DNA from: an uncultured Alphaproteobacteria bacterium
Lineage (GTDB): Bacteria; Pseudomonadota; Alphaproteobacteria; RF32; CAG-239
Reading direction: 5' to 3'
Assembly (NCBI GenBank): GCA_944391485.1
Contig: CALXTQ010000013.1
Span: 809 to 64,808, forward strand
Length of the DNA stretch: 64,000 bases
Position numbers and translations under genes: made by a program. The notes below the pieces were generated by a model. That model was not told the origin of the DNA. It was given only the letters and a program-made list of their open reading frames with translations, and did no database searches. Below are positions 58,236 to 64,000 of this stretch, one piece after another (the stretch's first letter is position 1; each line of letters starts with the position of its first letter).

Positions 58236-58250
58236 GTCAAATTCCTTTAT

Positions 58251-59015
58251 TTATTGTTTTGCACAAGCATTTTTTGCAATTGCAATAAAGTCTACAACTT
58301 TGAGACTGGCACCGCCGATCAGGGCGCCATCCACGTCCGGCAGAGACAAAAATTCGGCGGCATTGCCCGGTTTTACGGATCCGCCGTACAAAATTCTCAT
58401 TTTATTGGCATTGCCTTTGCCGAGTTTCTTGGCCAAAACTTTCCGCACAGCGGCATGAACTTCTTCGACATCGGCGGCCGTCGGCGTTTTTCCCGTTCCG
58501 ATAGCCCAGACCGGCTCATAAGCGATAACGGTGTCCGAAGCGGAGGAATCATCCGGAACGGATCCCAAAATCTGCTCTTTGCAGACATCAATCGTTTTTC
58601 CGGCATCGCGCTGAGCTTCCGTTTCGCCGATACAGATAACGGTTTTCAGGCCCTGAGCGTGCGCCGCGGCAGCTTTTTTGCAGATAAGCTCGTTGCTTTC
58701 CCCATGGTCAGCCCGGCGCTCCGAATGACCGACAATAACGTACCGGCAGCCCAGATCCTTCAGCATAACGGGGCTGATATCGCCCGTATGAGCGCCCTTT
58801 TCCGCAAAGTGAACATCCTGCGCGCCCAGAGCAACCTTAGCTCCCCGCAAAGCTTTTTTTACGGAAGTAAGAAGCGTGAACGGCGGGCAGACCAGAAATT
58901 CGCATTCGATTTTTCCCATGGTTTTGACTTCCTGCGCGACCCCTTTGGCCAAAGCAATGCCGTCTTCAAGAAGACCGTTCATTTTCCAGTTGCCTGCGAT
59001 AAGTTTTTTTCTTGC
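58251..59015 (-). CDS. tpiA: triosephosphate isomerase
   Basis: start MARKKLIAGNWKMNG; catalytic GHSERR and IAYEPVWAIGTG. Confidence 0.9.
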   Translation of the reverse strand, partial: ARKKLIAGNWKMNGLLEDGIALAKGVAQEVKTMGKIECEFLVCPPFTLLTSVKKALRGAKVALGAQDVHFAEKGAHTGDISPVMLKDLGCRYVIVGHSERRADHGESNELICKKAAAAHAQGLKTVICIGETEAQRDAGKTIDVCKEQILGSVPDDSSASDTVIAYEPVWAIGTGKTPTAADVEEVHAAVRKVLAKKLGKGNANKMRILYGGSVKPGNAAEFLSLPDVDGALIGGASLKVVDFIAIAKNACAKQ

Positions 59016-59188
59016 CATCGTTATTATCCTCTTAACATAATTTTGCATTGTCGTCTTTTTAACACAACAAAAATATATTTTCCAGTCAAAAAAACTTTTC
59101 AACACTAATATTTATAAAGTTGCATATATTGTTAAAATAACACTATAATACGTCCGTCTAAATTATAATTTGATAGGATTTTTCAGCA

Positions 59189-61069
59189 ATGATGAATAAA
59201 TTAGCAAAAGCGCAGAAAAGCTGGGTGTCAAAATCTATTCTGATTTTGACGGCCTTGAGCTTTATGTCTTTGTTCGGCGTTTCCGGTTATATTGTCAGCG
59301 CCGGTAAGAACAAGCCGGTCATTAAGGTTGACGATATTACGATCTCGCAGGCCCAGTTTGCCCAGATGTTTGACCATGAACAGCAGATGGCCAGAAATCT
59401 TTTCGGCGACAATATGGAGATCAACGACAATATCCGCAACGCCTTGCTTCAGGGTCTAGTGCAGCGGGAACTGACCAACGCCGTTATGGAACGGACCGCC
59501 GAAAAATACAATGTCAGTATCAGCGACGATCTGGTGCGCAAGATTATTTATTCTCAGGCTGAATTTATGGACGCCAGCGGAAACTTCAGTCTGGAAAAGC
59601 TGAGACGCGTTCTGTCCGCTTCCGGCTGGACCGAACAAAAATATATCGACGCCTTGAAAAGAGATATTATTAAACAGCAGCTGATTCAAAATCCCGTCGC
59701 CAACATGAATGTTCCGCAGGTTATGCTGGAAAAAGCCGCGCAGATTGAAAATCAGAAACGGGTTTTCAAATATATCAAGGTTGACCCCGCAAAAGTTAAA
59801 ATCGACAGACAGATCAGCGATGAAGAGATCGAACAGTATTATCAGGACTTCAGCACAAACTTTACAGCTCCCGAAAAAAGAGATGTTTCTTTCATCGTGC
59901 TGTCCTTTGACGATATTGCCGCGCAGATCCGCCCGGATGACGCCGAAGCAGAGGCTTATTACAAAGAAAACATTTCACAGTTTGAAACGCCGGAAACCCG
60001 CGACGTTCTGCAAATGGTCTTTGACAGCAAGGAAGAGGCAGACAAGGCTGATGCCGCTCTCAAGGAAGGCAAAGACTTTTACGCCGTGGCCGAATCTCTG
60101 GCCAAACAGGACAAAGAAGCGACTGATCTCGGCTATGTTGCCAAAGACATGCTGCTTGCCGATCTGGCTGAAGATGTTTTCAGCGCGCCGAAAGGCGGAA
60201 TCGTCGGTCCGGTCAAATCGGAAATGGGATGGCATCTTATGAAGGTTGCCAATATCAAAGCCGGATCCAAGGTCGATAAGTCAAAAGCCAAAGAGCAGAT
60301 TGTCCAAATTCTGAAAAAAGAAAAGGCCTATAACGATGCCTATGAAATTACGGCGGCCATTGAGGACAAAGCCGGCAGCGGCATATCTCTGGAAGATATT
60401 GCCAAAGAACTGAACGTCAGAATTTACAAGGTCAGCGGCCTGGGTGAAGACGGCAATGCCGGCAAGGCTCCGGAAGCTTTTAAAAATCTGACCAAATCAC
60501 CGGATTTTATTGACACGGCTTTCTCTTACAATACGGGGGAAATCAGCCAGATGATAGAAACCGACGACGGTTTTGCCGCTCTGCGCGTTGACAATATTAT
60601 TGACGCTCATCCTCTGGCGATCGATCAGGTTAAAGGGGATATCGAAAAACTGTGGGAAGTCAATGAACGTTCCGCAATCGCACAGGAAATCGTCAATGAT
60701 GTCATGCATGATCTTGAAAACGGCGACAATATCACCGACACAGCGGCCCGTTTCTCCCTGAAGCTCAATACAAGCAAGCCGATCAAGAGAAGCGAAAATT
60801 TTGAAGGGCTGACCACAATGAATATGATTGAGCTGTTTCAGGAAAATGAAGGAACTCCAAAACTGATTAATCAGGATGACGTCAAAATTATTGCCGTTAC
60901 AGATAAAATCATAAAGAGTCAGGCAAAGCTCAGCGAAGTGCAGACGGATACAATCAAAAGAGCCGTCAAGCTTGACCTGACGCAGGATATGGCCAATCAG
61001 CTTGTTGACAGCTTCAGCCGCGATTATGACGTAAGGGTCAAATACCGGCTGCTCGGGCTTGCCGATTAG
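59189..61069 (+). CDS. ppiD: periplasmic chaperone / peptidyl-prolyl isomerase PpiD (SurA-like N-domain + parvulin domain)
   Basis: 626 aa; N-terminal TM anchor; parvulin segment GGIVGPVKSEMGWHLMKV. Confidence 0.75.
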   Translation: MMNKLAKAQKSWVSKSILILTALSFMSLFGVSGYIVSAGKNKPVIKVDDITISQAQFAQMFDHEQQMARNLFGDNMEINDNIRNALLQGLVQRELTNAVMERTAEKYNVSISDDLVRKIIYSQAEFMDASGNFSLEKLRRVLSASGWTEQKYIDALKRDIIKQQLIQNPVANMNVPQVMLEKAAQIENQKRVFKYIKVDPAKVKIDRQISDEEIEQYYQDFSTNFTAPEKRDVSFIVLSFDDIAAQIRPDDAEAEAYYKENISQFETPETRDVLQMVFDSKEEADKADAALKEGKDFYAVAESLAKQDKEATDLGYVAKDMLLADLAEDVFSAPKGGIVGPVKSEMGWHLMKVANIKAGSKVDKSKAKEQIVQILKKEKAYNDAYEITAAIEDKAGSGISLEDIAKELNVRIYKVSGLGEDGNAGKAPEAFKNLTKSPDFIDTAFSYNTGEISQMIETDDGFAALRVDNIIDAHPLAIDQVKGDIEKLWEVNERSAIAQEIVNDVMHDLENGDNITDTAARFSLKLNTSKPIKRSENFEGLTTMNMIELFQENEGTPKLINQDDVKIIAVTDKIIKSQAKLSEVQTDTIKRAVKLDLTQDMANQLVDSFSRDYDVRVKYRLLGLAD

Positions 61070-61092
61070 CCCAAAAGTTATCCTTATTGACA

Positions 61093-61120
61093 CAGCCTCC
61101 GGAAACGGAGGCTGTTTTTT
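61093..61120 (+). terminator. rho-independent terminator after ppiD
   Basis: CAGCCTCCG-gaaa-CGGAGGCTG followed by T6. Confidence 0.65.
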
Positions 61121-61421
61121 ATGCTTCGCATGTTACGGCCGGTTTCGGACAAACGAGCGGTTCGGAAAGAAAAGCGTTCCGAAAGAAGCGTCTTATCCGC
61201 TCGACGCCCTTGTCGGAATAATGTTTTGGGAAAAAACAACACCCTCCTCTTTCGGCAGCGCGGTCCGCTGTTTTGTCGCTAAGGCGGCAGTTTTTCATAA
61301 AACGGAAACAGATTGCCGCGAATAAACCCGCGGTTTCATTATGTCCGCCGGTATGGCGGATTATTCACGATAAAGAAACAAAAATACCCTCAGTAAACCG
61401 GGGTTTTCTGTAAGGCATACA

Positions 61422-61452
61422 ATAAAAAAGAACCGCCGTTTCAGGCGGTTCC
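61422..61452 (-). terminator. rho-independent terminator (minus strand) after the 61468-61998 gene
   Basis: GAACCGCC-loop-GGCGGTTC with T-tract on minus strand. Confidence 0.6.
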
Positions 61453-61467
61453 GATCAAATCGGGAGT

Positions 61468-61998
61468 TCAGAAGCTGTACAATTCACTCCCCGCTTTCTG
61501 GCACAGCGGATAATAGTAGAAATAAACGCTGGCCAGCAGCAGAGCCGCGACGGGGACAAAGACCTTTTCAAAAGGAAAATGCGCGTGGCCGCCGTTTCTT
61601 TTTTTCATCCACTGATAAAACTCAGAAGCGTAATACATGATCAGGGCGCCGAGAAGCGTGCTGAAAAGGAACGGATCCAGATAAAAAATACCGATAACCT
61701 GCGGCGCGTAGTTCAGCTCGCTGATATACATAAAACCGATCATGGCGACGGATATCGTGAGTATCCAGAATTCCCGGCCGCGGAAGTTCCAGCCCTTTTT
61801 GTCAAACCAGCGGATTGTCCAAAAGCCGATCATTACCAGAAACGCGCCGGCCCATATGCCTACGACAGAATCGTCGACACCGAGATGACGGGCTATTTCC
61901 AGCGACGCACCGACCGCAACCGTGCAAACGGCGCAGGCCGGGTTGGCCAAAGCGGGAAAAGCAAAAACCAACAAAAATAAACTTAATGCGATAATCAT
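61468..61998 (-). CDS. integral membrane protein with N-terminal CxxC (ACAVC), unknown function
   Basis: 176 aa; 4-5 TM helices. Confidence 0.5.
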   Translation of the reverse strand: MIIALSLFLLVFAFPALANPACAVCTVAVGASLEIARHLGVDDSVVGIWAGAFLVMIGFWTIRWFDKKGWNFRGREFWILTISVAMIGFMYISELNYAPQVIGIFYLDPFLFSTLLGALIMYYASEFYQWMKKRNGGHAHFPFEKVFVPVAALLLASVYFYYYPLCQKAGSELYSF

Positions 61999-62045
61999 AT
62001 CTTTAATCCTTTAAATTAAACTGGTTTTATTATTATCGGTTATTG

Positions 62046-63770
62046 TTAAAAATCAACAGCTTTCTCAATTTTATCAGAAGGAAGCGTCCGCAGGTAGCGT
62101 TTGGTCATTTTCAGGGCGTTTTCAAAAGTCGACGCAGTGGAAATGTTTTTTATCAGATTATCCTGTTTCAGCGCGTCATGCAAAACGCGGCGGGGCTGAA
62201 CCTTTAAATTTGAAAAAATAATCTTGGTATCGTATTTTTTCAACTTTTTGACAAACTCAACGATAATGTTGGCTCCCGTTGCGTCCACCACCGGAACATA
62301 TCCCATTCGCAGTATCAGGACTTTCGGCGGTTCGTGAATTTTGTTGAAAAAGCCGGAGACCTGCGCGGCGCCGCCAAAAAAGAGCGGTCCGGACAGACGC
62401 AGCGACATCACGCCCTGCGCATGCAAAATATCGTCAATATCCCTGCCCTTGCCATGTTCTTTTATAACGCTGTCGTCGTTGGCTATTTCGATTTCGCGGC
62501 TCATTCGATGCATGAAGATGACGCTGGCCATGATGAAGCCGACGCTGATGGCCGTGTTCAGATCCACAAGAATTGTCAGCAGCACTGTGGCTAACAGCGT
62601 ATAGCGGTCGCCTCTCGGCCCCCGCAGCAGCTTGTATACCTTGTCAAAGCTGAGCATATTCCAGCCTATAAGAATCAGCACCGTCGATAGGCAGGCCAGA
62701 GGAATATATTTGGCAGCCGGCGCAAAAACCAGCATAAACAGCAGTAGCCAGACAGACTGCATCATTCCGGCAACCGGCGAAAAGGCTTTGGCCTTAAAGT
62801 TTGTTGCCGTTCTGGCTATGGCTCCCGTGGCAGGGACGCCGGTAAACATCATGCAGACAATATTGGCAGCCCCCTCGCCGATGATTTCGGCATTGGGATT
62901 GTGATTATCGCCGCTCATGCCGTCAACAACCGTCGCGCTTAAAAGAGATTCCACACTGGTCAGAAAAGCTATGGTCAGACCGCTGGGAATCACTTTTAAA
63001 AATATACCGAGGTCAAAATCCGGCAGATGCGGCGCCGGCAAAAAACGGGGCAGCCCGCCGAACCGGTTGCCGATGGTCGAAACATTCAGTCCGAAAATCC
63101 ATACCATGAGCGTCGCAACGACTACGCAGCCCAGAAACGCCGGAATTTTCGGATAACGGTGTCTAAGATAAAATATTGACGCAAAAGAAAGCAGAGTTAT
63201 AAAGACGGCGCCGACTGTTATCTTGTCAAAATTATTGAAATACAGCAGCCACTTGTCGAGAAACTCCGGCGGCAGGGCCCCGATCTCGTAGCCCAGAAGA
63301 TCTTTGATCTGCGTGGATATCAGAAGCAGGCCTATTCCCGCTGTAAAACCGACAACCACCGGATACGGAATATATTTAATATAGGTTCCGAGTTTCAGGT
63401 ATCCGGCAATGATAAGAGTCAGCCCGGCAACAATCATTGTCATGGCCAGGCCGTCGTACCCGTAAGTATTCATAACATTTAAAATTACGACGACAAAGGC
63501 GCTTGTCGGACCGCCAATCTGATAACGGCTGCCGCCTAGCAGCGCAATAAAGAAACCGGCGACAATCGCCGTATACATTCCCTGAGCCGGCGTTACCCCC
63601 GAAGCAATGGACAAAGCCATGGCCAAAGGCATGGACACGACGGCGACCGTTAGTCCGGCTACGGCGTCTCTGCGGAATTTTTCGAAATCGTAGCCGCGGG
63701 TCTGGAATATTTCAAATATTTTCGGAGTAAAATTTGCACGGTAATAACGCCGGAATGTTTTTAAAAACAT
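62046..63770 (-). CDS. SulP family anion (sulfate) permease with C-terminal STAS domain
   Basis: 574 aa; SulP TM core and ~120-aa STAS-like cytoplasmic tail. Confidence 0.85.
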   Translation of the reverse strand: MFLKTFRRYYRANFTPKIFEIFQTRGYDFEKFRRDAVAGLTVAVVSMPLAMALSIASGVTPAQGMYTAIVAGFFIALLGGSRYQIGGPTSAFVVVILNVMNTYGYDGLAMTMIVAGLTLIIAGYLKLGTYIKYIPYPVVVGFTAGIGLLLISTQIKDLLGYEIGALPPEFLDKWLLYFNNFDKITVGAVFITLLSFASIFYLRHRYPKIPAFLGCVVVATLMVWIFGLNVSTIGNRFGGLPRFLPAPHLPDFDLGIFLKVIPSGLTIAFLTSVESLLSATVVDGMSGDNHNPNAEIIGEGAANIVCMMFTGVPATGAIARTATNFKAKAFSPVAGMMQSVWLLLFMLVFAPAAKYIPLACLSTVLILIGWNMLSFDKVYKLLRGPRGDRYTLLATVLLTILVDLNTAISVGFIMASVIFMHRMSREIEIANDDSVIKEHGKGRDIDDILHAQGVMSLRLSGPLFFGGAAQVSGFFNKIHEPPKVLILRMGYVPVVDATGANIIVEFVKKLKKYDTKIIFSNLKVQPRRVLHDALKQDNLIKNISTASTFENALKMTKRYLRTLPSDKIEKAVDF

Positions 63771-64000
63771 CTCTTTAACACCCTCTTTTCAATCTGTATC
63801 CCATTTTTAAACGGCGTTTAGAAATACAACTTTTCTGAGGGCTGTCAAGATATCTCCCCTTTAAAAAAGCTTGAAATGCACAAGTTTTTCGGATATCTTT
63901 CCGCGGAGGTGAAAAATTGCGCGACATTCTGGAAAAAGCTATTGAAACACACAGTCTAAACAAGACGGAAATCATCGGCCTTCTGAACAGCCGGACAGAT

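Noticed and set aside
58254-59108. 284-aa plus-strand ORF mirroring tpiA
   Set aside because: Antisense to tpiA, which carries its catalytic motifs.
1-64000. Search for CRISPR arrays, rRNA, tmRNA/RNase P signatures, and IS/integrase/phage genes
   Set aside because: No regularly spaced direct repeats were seen. No rRNA-like conserved blocks. No ORF has transposase or integrase motifs (DDE, tyrosine recombinase R-H-R-Y). tRNA-Ser and tRNA-Lys have no adjacent integrase or duplicated 3' ends.

Overview
The window reads as a stretch of an alphaproteobacterial chromosome, probably from a host-associated lineage. Evidence for that placement: a stand-alone rpsD; the alpha-type dusB-trkA-hfq-hflX block with no ntrBC/ntrYX between dusB and trkA; the tpiA-secG-pyrG-kdsA neighbourhood; and a signal-peptide-bearing ankyrin repeat protein. 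There are two tRNAs (Ser-GCU and Lys-CUU). I found no rRNA, no CRISPR array, and no integrase, transposase or phage genes. Several rho-independent terminators are recognisable. Beyond the housekeeping genes, these blocks stand out. (1) A complete Rnf/Rsx ion-translocating ferredoxin:NAD oxidoreductase cluster in the order apbE-rseC-rnfB-C-D-G-E-A, unusual for Proteobacteria. (2) A three-gene unit of an unknown W/R/Y-rich protein, a Nudix-like protein and a GT2 glycosyltransferase, bracketed by terminators. (3) A roughly 1330-aa membrane-anchored coiled-coil giant that appears co-transcribed with a Ser/Thr/Glu-rich 189-aa protein and dusB. (4) A GldA/GldF/GldG-like ABC-2 exporter operon ending in a PAS histidine kinase with no response regulator, divergent from two tandem MlaD/MCE genes and a DUF2155 gene with an acidic tail. 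(5) A likely catalytically degenerate PbgA/YejM-like sulfatase-fold membrane protein next to a yejEF half-transporter, with an intact OpgB/LtaS-like paralog about 7 kb away. (6) pagP and a hypothetical gene inserted between kdsA and pyrG. (7) Minor nucleotide-level oddities: a duplicated 17-nt palindromic element around an AT-rich segment, and ORF-free gaps with terminator hairpins that could encode sRNAs. All functional calls come from motifs I could read in the translations; none has been checked against a database.
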